From: Guillardia theta CCMP2712
Lineage: Eukaryota; Protista; Cryptophyta
Assembly: GCF_000315625.1 (NCBI RefSeq)
Contig: NW_005434625.1
Coordinates: 327,726-391,725, forward strand
Reading direction: 5' to 3'
DNA length: 64,000 nt
A program made the translations under genes and the position numbers. Position 1 is the stretch's first letter. Each line of letters begins with the position of its first letter. Under the pieces are notes generated by a model. It was not told the origin of the DNA, did no database searches, and saw only the letters and a program-made list of their open reading frames with translations. Shown piece by piece: positions 1 to 13,800 of the stretch.

Positions 1-3000
1 AAGACTCGGACGTCCTCCTTCACTGGTCGTGGAGCTGCCAGGGAGGCAGAGCTGGGTAACGAGCTGAAGGCAGAAGACTGTCAGGCGGGCCATGGGTCTT
101 GTTGGACGTCACCTGAACAAGGGTCTGATGGGGACCAGCTAGCGCAGACAGGATCCTGTAGTGCTGACACTCGTCCTCCCCGAGGAAGGAGCAGGGGTCC
201 TTGCGCGTCTTGACGAACTGGTTGTCGTAGGAGGAGGGGGCCGGCTGGCGATCAAGCTGCGCGTCGCTATCGGAGCCGAAGAGCCACAGCTCGGACGAGT
301 CGTAACCTCCCTTGCCCACTAGCACAGCGGTGTGCTGGGACCCTGCTGAAACATCGATTGCCGATTCTCCGCCCAGGACTGAGAGGTCGACCCGGCTCGG
401 GGCACCGACTTTCTCCTGCGAACCCAGCAGCTGCCCGTGCTGGTTGCTCCCGAAACCGTAGAGGTGTCCGTTGTCACTCAAGAGGAGGGAGAACCAACGC
501 CCAGCTGCAACCTTGCTGAAGTGAGAGCAGGTCCCTCCTTCGCACCTCACAGCCTCCAAGTTGACCGGGCGAGGAGAGCAGATGACCGAGTCCCTCTGGA
601 ACCTTCCCTCCTCAATCCCCAGCTGCCCGTACGAGTTGCTGCCGAACGACAGGACAGAATTCTCTTGAGTTAGGAGCAGGGAGTGCCTCCTGCCAGCTGC
701 CATCCAGCTGACTTTTTGATTCTGCAGGATCACTGTGGGAACGAAGTTCGCTTGCCATGAGCCGGCGTTGGTGCAGTAGCCGAGCTGTCCATGGCGGTTC
801 AGCCCAACAGAGAGGACGCGATCGCCGTCAGTCCGCAGCAGAAGGTGATGGTCACCAGCCGCTACATCCACCACAACCTCCCCCGGCAGCATCCCCGAGA
901 TCGGCTGCGGCGTCCAGCTGGGAAACTCCGACCCCACGTTCTCTGACCTGCCGAGCTGGCCGTAGCGGTTGAACCCGAAGGTGTAGACCTGACCCGCCTC
1001 ATTTAGGACGACCGAGATGTACCTGATCAGATCTTAGTCAGAAACACCCTCCGAACCCTCGAAGAGCTGCCACTCTTACCTCCCGGCTATCACCTTCCTT
1101 ATCCTGCTCGTGCCCAGCAGGCTCCTTTGGATCTCCAAGGGCCGAGGATGCGATTCCCGGCGGTCCTCGCAGTCATAAGGCGCCTGGTCGGGGTCATAGC
1201 AGGAGGACTTGAGCGAGGGTTTGAACCCCAGCTGACCGTAGAAGTTGTCCCCGGCAGCCAAGAGGCGGTCATTGACGGTAAGGAAGAGAGAGTGAGAGAA
1301 GCCCGTCGATACAGACAGGACCGACTCCTTGTCAAGCCCAGGGACCCCGTCTGTCAAGAAGTTCGCGGCTTCTTGAGCTAGTGTGAACTCCTTCTCGCCT
1401 CCTGTCCCTAGCTGACCCCACTGGTTGCTCCCAAACCCAAAGATACGATACTTCATCCGTGAGCAGTAACCCGACGAGCTCACTCCAGGATACCTTGTAG
1501 TTGTTCCATTCGGACAGCGATGGCACGAGACAGAGGCCAACTCTTCCTGATAGTATCCTATAGGGCAGGACAAGCAAGTGGTGCTGATGCTTGCATTCTG
1601 GTAGAAACCAGGTTCACAAGTTGTGCAAGAAGACATGTTGGAAGCTGAGAAACTCCCAGCATCGCAGTCGTAGCAGAATGTCTGTCTTGATTCGTTCTGA
1701 TACCTTCCAGCTGGACAAGGTGTGCAAGAGTCCTCCCTTGCGAGGCCATCCGGGCTGTATGTTCCTGGAGAGCAGATGGGGTAACACGTAGTGGCGTTGG
1801 AGGAGACGGTCCCGTACATATACGGGCACTGAGAGCAGACGACAGCCCCGAAGACTTCAGTGAAGGTGTCACGAGGACATACTTGGCAGGGCGACAACCC
1901 TTGATTGCCTACAGTCTGCTTGTTGCCGTGGGTTCCTGGAGGGCAGATCAAGAGGCAGCCAACGTCGAGGGCTTGCAGGTCTCCCGTGGTATTCTTCCCT
2001 ACCGCGCAGTCGAAGCAAACACTCGATCCTTCCTCTGAGTACTTGCCTTGCATACAGGGCTCGCAAACCTTACCCTCGGCCTTGCCCTGGTACTTGCCAG
2101 CAGGACAGATGGTACATGGCTGCAGTCCCGTAGCGGAGAAGGAGCCGGGAGGACAAGAAGGCCTGTGAGTAATGACGAAAGTTTGATCGCATCCAGCAAA
2201 CACCCGATGAGCATGCATGAAGCCTGTGTCGCATGAGGTAGAGCCGATGACTTGTCCTGCGCACCCGAAGATCGAGTTGTTGAAGAGATGAAGGCTGCTG
2301 GCATCCGCCCCTTGACTCGTCGTTGTTCCCAGCTGCCCCTCATGATTTGAACCACTGAGGAACAAGAGAGGATCCTCTCCGTCCCCGACCGTCACAAGAA
2401 GCAGAGCGTGATCATTGCCTGCGGCAACCTGCGAGACGTTCCCATCAGAGTCAACCACAAGAGGATCGCTGGATATCAGGAAAGGCTTGAATACAGAAGC
2501 TCCAGTGCCGTATCCTCCTGCAGCTGCCGTCAGCATTCCATGGTAATTCCTTCCGAAACCCCAAACCCTCCCGTCACTGCACTGCAGGAATGTTGTGAAT
2601 TGTCCAGCATAGATCGATTCTGCAGTACATCCCCCAAACAAGGCACTGTCAACCTTGACGGGTCTGCGGTAGATAGCAGCATCAGCAGCTACTCCATTCC
2701 CAGTTTGAATTGGTCCGCATTGACCCCGAAAGTTGGATCCAAAACAGAAGAGTCCCTCATTCGTCATCAAGACACTATGATATCGCCCCGCAGCGATTTT
2801 TATGACCGAAGCCTCGCCCATGTTCGAGGTATCGATCGGTAGGATGCGGTAATCCGATCCTTGCTCCCCTTCCGGATTTCCTGTGCGACCCAACTGACCG
2901 AAGGTGTTGTCACCCCATGTGAAGACACCAGACTCGTTCAACATGATCGCATGATAGCTCCCAAGCACGAGTTGAGTTATACTATCTGCGTTGACATCAA

Positions 3001-3962
3001 TCTTCTGAGGGATCTCCATGTACGCTTCTTGATTGCCAAACCCATCCTTCCTGCCGAGCTGTCCATAACGATTCGACCCCATGCTGTACAGAAGCTTTTG
3101 ACCCCCTTCTAGCGCGACGAAGGTCGAGAAGCTGTCGCCAGCAGACATTTGCGTGACAGTGTCAAACCCAATGGTTGTAGCCTGCCCATTGGGAGAGATG
3201 CTACCCACGCGATCTGACCGTCCCAGCTGACCGAAGAGGTTCGAGCCCCACGTCCAGAGCTTGCTGGTAGTTGCTTCCTTCCTAGCCATTCCATGATGAC
3301 ACCCGAGCGAGACCTGTAGCACATCCCCTTCCAACTCCTGTTTGCATGGTAAGCAACGGGTCCCTTCAAACAAATATCGCTACCTGTACATGTGCTGGAA
3401 CAGCCTGTCCTGATTGTGTTCCTGCTCCCTCAGCCCTTGCCAGCTCTCCGTAGAAATTCGATCCGAACGACCATACTTCAAACAGTTTTGTGTCGAAAGA
3501 ATAGTAAGAACTGTCTGTCGCGACACAGGATACTCTGATCTTCTCTGTAGACGTAGAGTCCGACGAGGTGTCACAGTTCGGCAACAGGCTCCAGCTACCC
3601 CCGACCTGCAGGGGGCTGCTGCTACTGCTGTTCACAAGATAACAACTCGGAGACCCCGAGGTCTGAATGATCCATGTTCCGTTCTGACGAGAAATAGAGG
3701 TTTCTTTCAACTTAGAGACCCAAAGGAAAGAGTCCAAACATTCAACTCCATCTTTGTTCGTCAACGACCTCTTGTACAGCCCGTCCACCTCTCCCCATCC
3801 CCTCGCACTTCTGACCCACAGCCAAGGGCAAGCTGGGATGCCCTCGGCGTCGCAAGCTGGAGGAAGGGAGGAGGAGGAGGAGGAGGAGGAGGAGGTCAGC
3901 ATGCTGGTCATGAGCACGGCGCTCAAGAATGGCGCGAGCCCCATTCCGCCGCTCAACCCCAT
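1..3962 (-). CDS. Secreted/surface protein with RCC1-like beta-propeller repeats and TNFR/ephrin-receptor-like Cys-rich repeats (multi-exon, 3' end outside window)
   Basis: ORFs 3366-4070, 1076-3373 and 20-937 are joined by short GT-AG introns. They carry many RCC1 motifs (WGSNLFGQLGR, FGSNQWGQLG, VAAGDHHLLL) and CxxCPAGxY repeats. The hydrophobic N-terminus MGLAPFLSAVLMTSML is followed by poly-Ser. After a further intron another CLPGS repeat runs off the window edge. Confidence 0.85.
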
Positions 3963-5009
3963 GACGACATGACAGTGGAAGGGTCGCCGACCGTTATTCC
4001 TTTCAACGGACATCAAATTTGATGAGTAAAAAGTCTCGACGAGGCGGGCCGGATCTGTTCCGCAAGTCAAGAACGAGTGGCTAGTTAGCTTTTAGAGAGG
4101 GGCGGGTCAAGATCAGGGGGGTAGGGTAGGTGGGTAGGGGGTAGTGCCGTCAATCATTGGATCGACCGGAGTTTACCACCCCACCCTTCACCTGTGCATG
4201 TACCCCACCTAGAGCATTCCTCACCAGCCAAGAATGGGGGGTGACTGGATGACGGGTCCTGGAAATCCTCGGCTTGGGGACTTTTTTGACCTCTTTTTTT
4301 TGTCAATAGGCTTCATAGTTTACTAAGACCATACTCTAGAGACGGGTCCTAGGACAGTTTCCTGAGTTTGTACGAGGAAGTCAAAGTTCCGAGTCGCCCT
4401 CAGAGGATCCATATATTCGAGTGTTACACTGGTCCTAGGATATAGGAAACATTCCTAGGACCAGGCTATATGCTAAGGGGAATAGAGGATCGGGCGGGAT
4501 GGCGCGAGCACATGGGGTCAGGGAGATGGCAGGGCGAGGGAGCGAGGAAGGAGTGGAGGCTGCAGGAGGAGAGGAGGAGGAGGAGAGCAGAGATGTTTTG
4601 TGCGAGGAAGCAGTGAAAGACGAGGGCAGAGGAGCGCAGCAGATGCAGAGGAGAAGAGGGGGGCTTCAGATGGGGAACTGACTCTCGTGCTGGGGCATCG
4701 GGATAGACGAGAGGAGAAGGTAGGGAGAGTCTTTGATGAGAAGGATGAGCTTGCAAGGCATGACCGCTCACGGATATTCGCTCGGAGACGTTAGAGTCTA
4801 GAGTGAATCAGATTGCTGTGATCGGGGGCACGTGCTTCAAATCCTTTCAGGTTTCTCATGCTGGTTGGCAGACTCGCGTGGGATGTTGCAGTTAGCAAGC
4901 ATCTGAAGACTTGAGGTGACCTTCTTTTTTGCTCCCCTTCTCGCACCAGTACTGCTTCATTTGACTGGTTCAATCCCAGCAGCACTTGACTTCTCTTGAC
5001 TTCTCGACG

Positions 5010-5530
5010 ATGAACAGCATGTCGTCACAAAACAGTGAGGGATTGCTGTTGAGCTTTTCGATGACAGCCTGAGCTTCTTACAGAGCGATATGGAATCGGA
5101 ATCAACTTTGCAAAGAACAGCTCTGACGAGGGCTTCACCATATTAGGTGAGCCTTATCGTGATGTCCTGGTACCCTGTTCTCTCATGGAAACTTAGCGCT
5201 GGTCCCCGGACAACCTGCGTCCTTGTGCGGAAGGCTTTACGTTGGAGACAAGGTTGATGAGACAGAAGCATGCTCTTACTGTGCAACTCAACGATGCCGC
5301 AGCTCTTGGCCATCGATGGCTGGCTGTGCTATCAACAGCCTATCGAGACCGGTGACATCTGGGCTCCTGGAAGTTAGCTCAACACTGAGTCGATGAATGC
5401 TCCCTTGGCAGTGACTGACAAGCTCCTTGGACCCGAGGGATCGAGTGTTGTCGTTTCTGTTCAGAGGCAGACGGGAGAAATAGTACAGAGCTCGAGATAT
5501 GTCCAACTCGTCACCTTTCCTCGCAGGTTC
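5010..5530 (+). CDS. N-terminal PDZ domain exons of a large intron-rich gene
   Basis: Manual splicing from ATG 5010 gives MNSMSSQNKRYGIGINFAKNSSDEGFTILALVPGQPASLCGRLYVGDKLLAIDGWLCYQQPIETVTDKLLGPEGSSVVVSVQR. The GIGI loop, PA..G.L..GD.LLAIDG and LLGPEGS.V motifs are typical of PDZ domains. Confidence 0.8.
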
Positions 5531-7782
5531 ATGTCAGCTTGACAAGAAAATCGCCACCTGGAAGTCCGCAGGTATTTATCTTGTTTCTATCTTGTTTCAA
5601 AGCTTCACAGTCGGCAAGTGATGTCATTTTCAGGCTCCTTCCATTCCCAGCTTGAGCTCTCAGACAGCTCCAAGTACTCTCCTTCTCCCTCCAAGGTCGG
5701 ACGCCTCCCCTAACCCGTTGTGCTTCGTTCAGATGTTGGGATGATGTCGACTCCTCAAGCGAACATCTCTCCGGTATGCACTTGTTCAGTCAATGTGGGG
5801 TCATGTAAATCGTGCTCAGATTGTTCCTCAGACGAAGTTTTCTCCGACAAGCTTGTCCTTCAAGTAACGATTCAGAACTTGGACTGCATTTTAAACGATG
5901 ATTGGAATTAGCAGCAAATCACCACAGAACTTGAGTACAACTGACAGCTCTTACGGAAGAAATGTGCTTCCTGGTTCAAACATGATGTCTATGCCCTATG
6001 GTTGTACTGTTTGTGTGCGGAAGATACATTCACTGATCGATGCGTGCAAGGCGTTCGGCCTCAAGATTTTGTCGGCAACGATGATGCTCGGAGCGAAACA
6101 ACAGAGTCTGAGAAAGGAAGGATGCTTGAGCAACGGCAAATAGTATGTTTCTTCATATCCAAGTCTGACTCTCTTCTCTACAGCGACATGATAAAAAGTC
6201 TCGGCCTTCGCTCTCTGCCGTCATACAACAACCCAGCAGATCAGATCATGAGAGCTTCGATGCCTGAGCAGCGGGCTGGCATGGAAAGTTCTACCTCGCT
6301 GGTGCTCATCCTTGCATCATGCCTTGCCAGACGCCCTGACGCGAACGATGCAGCCTGTGCCTGAAATTCAACGAAGCTTCCCGCCCGAACGCAGCGGCAG
6401 AAGTGCGGCTCTCGATCGTCCCCTTGCGAACTCTCTGCCGTATCAGGTCTCTCCTGTCCCTTCGACTTCTCTTGTGCTCACAAGGTGCAGCCGAGGTTCG
6501 ACATCTCTCAGTCAGGTCAGTACCCGGCCTTTGGCAGCAAGGTGCAGCCGGACTATATGGTAAGTTCCCACCTCTTGACGCGCCTGGCCCGTCTGACAAG
6601 CCTACAGCCTCGCCAGACGTCCGGCATGATCCCTGAAGGCAGCAGCAGCGTGCAGGTGGGAGAGATCAGCTGAGAGTCTCGAGGTCAAAAGTTGCTTTGC
6701 AGCTTAACAACGACAACATGGCATCTCCAATATCAACTCCCCGCCCTCTGCTGACTGAGGTGAGAAATGCTGCCGGCAAGGAAGCCAAAGAGAGAGAGTA
6801 TAATCCGTGGTGACTCGGCAGTACGTGAAGGCACTGGAGGCATCGAGACAGGTTCGTCTCCTGCTTCCACCTCCTCCTTCTTTCCTCCTGTCTCCCTCCT
6901 CCCTCCTCCCCTCTCCTTTCTCCCTTCCTTCTCATCTCGGCCCGGTTACTTGAGTCATCAGGAGCTTTCCAAGATGAGAGAGAAGATCGGACTTGATCGG
7001 TAACTCACTCGCTTGTCAACCTTGTCCCTGACAACCGCTGCAGAGAGCCAGTCCCTGAAGGAGCAGACAGGCAGCAGCTGTGAGGCTGTCGAACAAGGAG
7101 TGTGCTGACTGTCATGTTGTTTCAGAGAAGAAGATGCAAAAGACAGCAGAGCAAGGTACTTCACACATGCATGATCATCACCTCCTTGCTGCTCCTGTTT
7201 TCCTCTTGTTGCTCCATCTACGATATCGTCATCCTGAGCTTCATCCTCCTTTGGTCACAACTTCTCTCTTCAGTTCGGTCGTTGCTCGGGTCGATTCTGA
7301 CGAGCAAGAAGGTCTAGTCAAACTTTGCCGTTGATTCAAACTGACTGCTGATCTGCAAGACTCCGAGTGGATGGGGCTCGACACAGGTTGCTTTCTTGCT
7401 TGTCAAACTGCCGCCGCCTGACTGTTGCGACCCAAGTCGAGATGCGAGACAAGAGGACGCCCGATCGCGCAGACACCTCGACTAGGATCGGGTCGACCCG
7501 TTCTCGCTCCGTCCCTCCTTCTCGTCCAGGTGGCCAACAGGCAGGCCGAGGAAGCGGCACTGACCTGCTAGCAGAGGCGTCACAACCCAAGGGAGGCCCC
7601 GCGATCAGAGGTCGATGAATGTTACGAGTTTCTCTCCTCCTTGACCTCCGCTCTAGCAGCCGGCAAACTTTCAAACCCATCAAAGTCTAAGAATGCTCTT
7701 TCCCTCCTCCAAGGCTGACATGAAGCGCAGGAAAACTACAACGACGCCTGTTGCTCCGGCGCGGTAACTGTTACTCCTGCTC

Positions 7783-7840
<58 letters not shown>

Positions 7841-10800
7841 GCTGTTCCACCTCTTGCAAGTTCTGTCGCAGCTCGTCTCCTCATGGTAGAGCAGGACAAG
7901 CAAGAGCAACGTGTCAAACCTGGAGCCCTCCAAGGCTGCCGCTAAAGTTCGCGAGCTGGTCTGACTGTCCCTGTGCGCCGGTCGATTTCTCACTGCTGGT
8001 CCTGCAGGCGGACAGAGAGATCGAGGCAGCCAACGAGAAGACGACAGTGATGGCAAGAAAGTAGGACAAGAGTGTCCGACTTTCCTTCGTTGACTAGTGG
8101 ACCTGACAGATACGGCATTGCTCGCTCAGAAGCCTCTCGGCTCAAGGTGGAGAGCGACGATTGCCCAGCTGACGAGCTGAGATGACGGCAGGACGAGCTG
8201 AGAACCCGCGAACTTGAGATTGAACTTCTGCAGAGGGAGTTGCAGGTAAAACTTCTACGTGCTCGCTCTCTCCCTCCTGCTCCTCCTCGTCATCGTCATC
8301 GTCATCGTCCTCGTCCTGTCTTGTCTTTCCTTCAATCCTAGCCCTGAAGTCATGGCAGAGCCGGGACGAGGAGCTGAAGGCAACGGGCGCACACACAGGT
8401 CCAGCAGAAGAGCAGCAGCACGTCTGAGCTGACAGTCTGAACCCACTAGAGCACATCCATGACACCATGCTGCGCTTACGGTGTGCCTCCGGCACCCCGT
8501 CCACTCTCTGTCGTCCTCAACTCCTTTCGTTCCTCTCCTTGATTTCACTGCTCTCTCCATCTCTCCTTTCTTCCCCTCCCCCTGCTCCTCTGCGTCATTC
8601 TCCTCCTCCTTCCATCCGTGCTTCCTTCTGCTCTCCGTCCTCCCCTCCCTCCCTCTCTCCCATCTCTCTCTCTCGCTTCCCTCATGCCGTTGATCAGCGC
8701 GATGGCGGAAGAGGCTGGAGCAGACAAGGACATAGTGCAGGTGGGAGGGTCGGCGATGCTGAGAAGCAGCTGACCAGGGTGCGGGCGCAGAGGACTCACT
8801 CGCTGGCAATCGAGAACGCAAGGAAGAGAGAAGAGCTCCACGTGCTCTGACATGCTCCTGCCTCCCCGACAGCTGACGAGGTGGGGCAGGTGAAAGAGAT
8901 CGACAGGCTAAGGAACCAGGTGACTAGTGTCGTTCATCTCCTCTTCTGCCTCTGACAATCTCTTGCTACCAGCTCAACGAAATGAAGAAGAAGTCTGCTA
9001 AACAGGCACTTCCCCTCTTCCTCTCCTCTCCTCCTCCCCTCCTCTTCTCCTCTTCTCCCCTCCCATCTCTTCCCTCCTCTCCTCCTCTCCTCCTCCTCTC
9101 CTCTCCTCCTCCTGTCCTCCCCTCCTCCTCTCCTCTCCTCCCTCCTCCTCTGATGTGTATCTGACTACGGCTATCTTAGGAGACTTCCCTTCTCAAGGCC
9201 CAGAAGGACCTGCAGGTGACTTACTGGCTGTAAACCTGCCGAGCGCGTGGGTCAAACGGCTGCAGGACAACCAGCTCGACAGCCGAGTGATCATCTCCTC
9301 CCTAGAGCAGCGATGCGCTACTGCTGAGCAAGTCTGGCACACCGCACACTCCTCCTTGCTTTTCTTTGCCTTGCCCTTCCCCTCTGCCCCCGACTCCCTC
9401 CCTCCCTCTCCCCCTCTCCCTCTTCCTCCTCCTCCTGTCCCTCCCCACTTTCTCCTCCTCCTCCTCCTCTCCGTCCTTGTCCTCGTCCACATCCTCTCAC
9501 TCTCATGTACACCTCGTCTGCAGGTTCGAAGTCTGATGCAGGATGATATCAACACTCTATCGAAACAAGTAAGAACATCGTCACGAGCTCCTGCTGTTTC
9601 CGCCTGCTGTTCCTGACAAGTTTCAAGGCAATGGACAAGGCTGTGAAGGAAAAGAACAAGGCGGAGCAGGACGCGGCTGATCTCTACGAGCAGGTACCTA
9701 GAGACTGGCGTGCTGCAGAGACAGGAAGGGCGAGAAGGTCGGGGGGTAGCCGCCTCCTTCCCCCTTGACGGCTCCTCCAGGCTCTCCGGGTCCACGAGGA
9801 TGGAAGAGTGGCTGGCAAGGGAGTACAGCGACATGTCCCTCTGGCTGATCCTGCACGTAGGAGGAGAAGGCGAGCCAGGCAGAGTTGCGATGCGGGAGGC
9901 TTGAGGTGAGAGCTAGGGCGAGGGTCGGGACAAGGACGACAGAGGAGTACTGGACATAGACCAGGACGGCAAGGAGGAGAAGGAAGAGCAGCAGCAGCAG
10001 CAGAGCAGCAGGGAAAGTTTCTTTCTCTTTCTGAGATCAGCGGCTGACAGGCTCGAGTCTTGAGAAGCGAGGCCGATCTAGCTGCAGCCAGCACGCTGCT
10101 GAAGCAGGTGAGTTGCTCTTCCTCTCTGCTTGCTTGCTGACTGTAGTTCCAGCGAGAGGAGATGGCCAATCTCGACGCTCTGTCGAAGCTTGATCCCCTT
10201 GAGGTCAAAACATGCCTCCTACCATGCATCATCATCGTCATCGTCATCACTACCATCACCACCACCAACTTCATCCTCATCATCCTCTTCATCCTTTTGT
10301 TCTCTTCTCATTTTATCGCTCGGCAGGTTGAGATGGACACTATCTGGCTCCTTAGCAGCTTGTCAAGCGCAGCTGGTGAGGGACGAGGAGGGAGAGAAGC
10401 ACGAGAAACAGTTTGAGCTCACGAAGATATCGCAGCGACTGTCCAACAGGAGGAACCGATCACAAAGGTTCCGCAGCTCCTCTTCCTCTTCCTCTTCCTC
10501 TTCCTCTTCCTCTTCCTCTTCCTCTTCCTCTTCCTCTTCCTCTTCCTCTTCTCTCCCCTTTCCCCAATGCCTCACACCCTTTGGTTCCTCCTCCTCCCTC
10601 CTCCCTCCTCCCTCCTCCCTCCTCCCTCCTCCCTCCTCCCTCCTCTCTTCTCTCTTCTCTCTCCTCTCTCCTCCTCCTCTCTCCTTCCCTCGCCTGGTGC
10701 TGACGTCATCACTCGCAGGAGGCGGTTGAGGATTCGCTGCAGGCTCTGACGCTCAGCGGGAACAAGCAGGAGAGCCATGCAATCACCCCCAAGCAAGCAC

Positions 10801-13800
10801 AGATCCTCCTCACCCTTTTCCGAGCATCCAAGGTTCCCCCTCCCCCTCACTGCTCATTCTCCTCCTGACCCACCGACCCTCCTTCCGCATCGCCTCTGCT
10901 CTCAGTCTCTCCTCCCACTCCCCTTCCTCTTTCATCTCTCCTCTGTTTCTCTCGTTCTCCTGCTCTTTGCGTCTCCTTCCTCCTCATTAGTCCGCCTGAC
11001 CGCTCATGACAGGTTAGAGGAGAGATGCTTGTCTCCTGTATCGGTCAGCTTCGAGCTCTGCTCCTCGACTTTGTTGACAGGTTCTCCTCCTCTAACTCCT
11101 CCTCCGCCATCACCTCCTCCTCTTCCTCCTACACCACCACCAACTCCTCCTCCTCCTCCTCCTCAGCCCTCTTCCTCTCCTCTCCGTCTCCCCATCGCCT
11201 CCTCATTCTCTGACGCTTCTCAGCAACGAGGACTGGCTCACCCACATCCCCATCGACCACAGCGACCTCCCTTCCCGCGAGGAGAATATCAGCTCCTCCA
11301 ACATCCTCCAAGACCCAACGGCCGACGTCTCCACCGGTCATGAGGAGGGACTTACTGAGCTAGGTAGAGCTTGTCCCCCTCTGCCCTCCTCCTCTCCGCT
11401 CTCCCCTGCCGCATCGCCAGCTCCCCCCTAGCGAACCTCCCGCTCTCTACCGCCCTGTCAGCATCTCTCCTCTCCTCCTCCTCAAAACCACCTCCTTGCT
11501 CTTCTATTCACTCCACTCCATCGATATCCTCATCATCATCATCCTCCCCCCTCCCCCCTCCCCCCTCCCTCCCCTCTCCTCCCTCCTCCCTCCTTCCTCC
11601 TCCTCCGCCTCCTCTTCCTCCTCCTCCTCAAATAGTACGAGTTTCCCCTTTATCCTCTGCTCCACTGAGCCGCCAGCAGGGAGGAGGGTGTACACGTCCG
11701 GTATCCTCTCCAAGAGAGCTGCCTCGGAAGGCATCCAGCTCGAGCTCAGGAGGACGATGCAGCTGATGCACTCAGGCGAGCAAGTTTGCGGTGTGAGGGA
11801 AGGAGCTGACAGTCAGCTGAAGTCAACCAGACGTTGATCGAGGAGCGAGAGGGCCGCAGGTTCTCCCCTCCTCTCTTCAGCCCCTCATCTTCCCATCCTC
11901 TCCTCCTTATCCTCCTCTCCTCCTCCCTCCTCCCTCCTCCCTCCTCCCTATCCCCCTCCTTTCTCCCTCCTTCCTGCCGCATCCTAGCTTCCTTCTAGCC
12001 CCTCTCCTCCCCTCGTCGTTCTTGTCCTTCTTCAAAGTTCCAACCCCCATCGTCAGGAACCTCCTGGCGCAGTTGGCCCAGAAAGAAATTTTGCTAGCAA
12101 ACAAGGAGACCGAGCTACAGGAGATGGTGAGATGACTTGCTTGCTCGAGATCTTTGAGCGTCTGAACCTATCGTCCTCCCCTCCTCTCTCTCCCTCTCTC
12201 CTCGTCCCTTTCTCTTCTCTTGCTCTCCTCCGTCTTCTATCTTCCGTCCTCCTCATTTCTCCCGCCTCGCTCTTCTTCTGCCCCCCCTCTGCTTTCTGAC
12301 TCGTTCCCGTGTTTGCAGTCGAAGCAATGCGCCACTCTCTCCAACGCCTGCGACTCGCTTCAGGTTGTTTTCATCCTGGTTGCTCTGAGACAAGAAAACA
12401 AGTGGAAGAGGGAGAGGCACAAGCAGATAGCATGTTGAAACAAGATGATGTCGTAGCAAGGAGAAGGACGAGCACGAGGACGAGAGCGAGGACTAAGACG
12501 AGGACGAGGACGAGCAGTTCCACTGACGGTGGTACAGGCTCAGATCGAGAACATCACAGGAAGGTACGAAAAGATCGCCCAGGAGTCAAACGCCAGGATG
12601 TCCCAGCTTTCACAGGTCCTCCTCGTCCCACAACGTCCTCTGAGTTTGACTTCTTTCTTTCTCCTCAGAACCTCCACAGCGCTGGGCTGTCAACACGTAC
12701 CATCACATGATGACGTGTCATAGAGGTGCTCACTCCTTGGCAGCCGTTCGCCCTCAAGAAAGCCAGTCGTCTCCTCCCGATGACAAGATCATGTACCTGC
12801 CTCCTTCACATCCCCCATCCTTTCCCCTTCACTCCTTTCCCCTTGCTTCCTCCTCCCTTATCTTCCCTCCCTCCTTTTCCCCCCACCCCCGCAAGTCATC
12901 CTCTCTTGTTGCCCTCCCTCCCTCCTCCCTCCTCCCTCCTCCCTCCTCCCTCCTCCCTCCTCCCTCCTCCTCTCCCGGTTCGCCTCACACACAAGCAGCG
13001 AGTCCGAGGGCTTCAAAGTCCTGCACCTGCGAAGTCCCGATGGAAGTCCCGACGCCAAAGGTGATGACGTCACCTCCGTCTTCTCCTCCTCGGTCAGCTG
13101 AGCGCCTGCTGGACAGCTGCTCTTGTCAGTGCCCTGCAGCAGAAGATCACCGAACAGCACGAGTGGGGCCTTAAAGCCTGGGCCAACATCCAGAAGCTGA
13201 ACGAGAGGATCATGGAGCTCGAGGTTCTTCGCCCCTCCTCCCTCCTCCTCAGCTCTTGCTGCAACCCCTTCTCCCTCCTCCTCCTCTCCTCCTGCTCCTA
13301 CCTGTCCTCCTTCCCGTCCTCGTCGTCATCCTCGTCCTCATCTTCGAGCTCTACACCTATCAATCTACCTCCTCCATCATCGCTTTTCATCCTACCTTCC
13401 CCACTTTCCTGGTCTCCTTTCCTCCTCGCCCTTCTTAGCTCTGGCCCCGGCAGATGGAGGCAGACCGTCTAAGGCTGGCAGCTTCCATGGTGAGCAGAGA
13501 GCTGGGCTTTCGACCTCCTTTCTCACCTGGAGGGCAGGCCGGAACGGAGCGGGACGAGGCAGTCAGGGCGAGCAGAGCAGCGGAGCAGGAAGTCAAGTCG
13601 ATGGCGATGAGGGTGAGGGGAGGAAGGGAACAACGAGGGGCTGAACTTGAACAGCTGCAGGAGATGAAGAGAACGATCGAGACGCAATACCAGGAGGGAT
13701 ATGACAAGGTGGAAAACTTGCTGTCTTTATGCTCCCTCGCCTCCCCTTCCTATCCCCCTTCCCCCCGCTCTCTCCCTCCCTCCCTCCCTCCCTNNNNNNN

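Noticed and set aside
8142-13470. Numerous Pro/Ser/Leu- or Glu/Gly/Arg-rich ORFs
   Set aside because: Translations of intronic CT/GA microsatellites.
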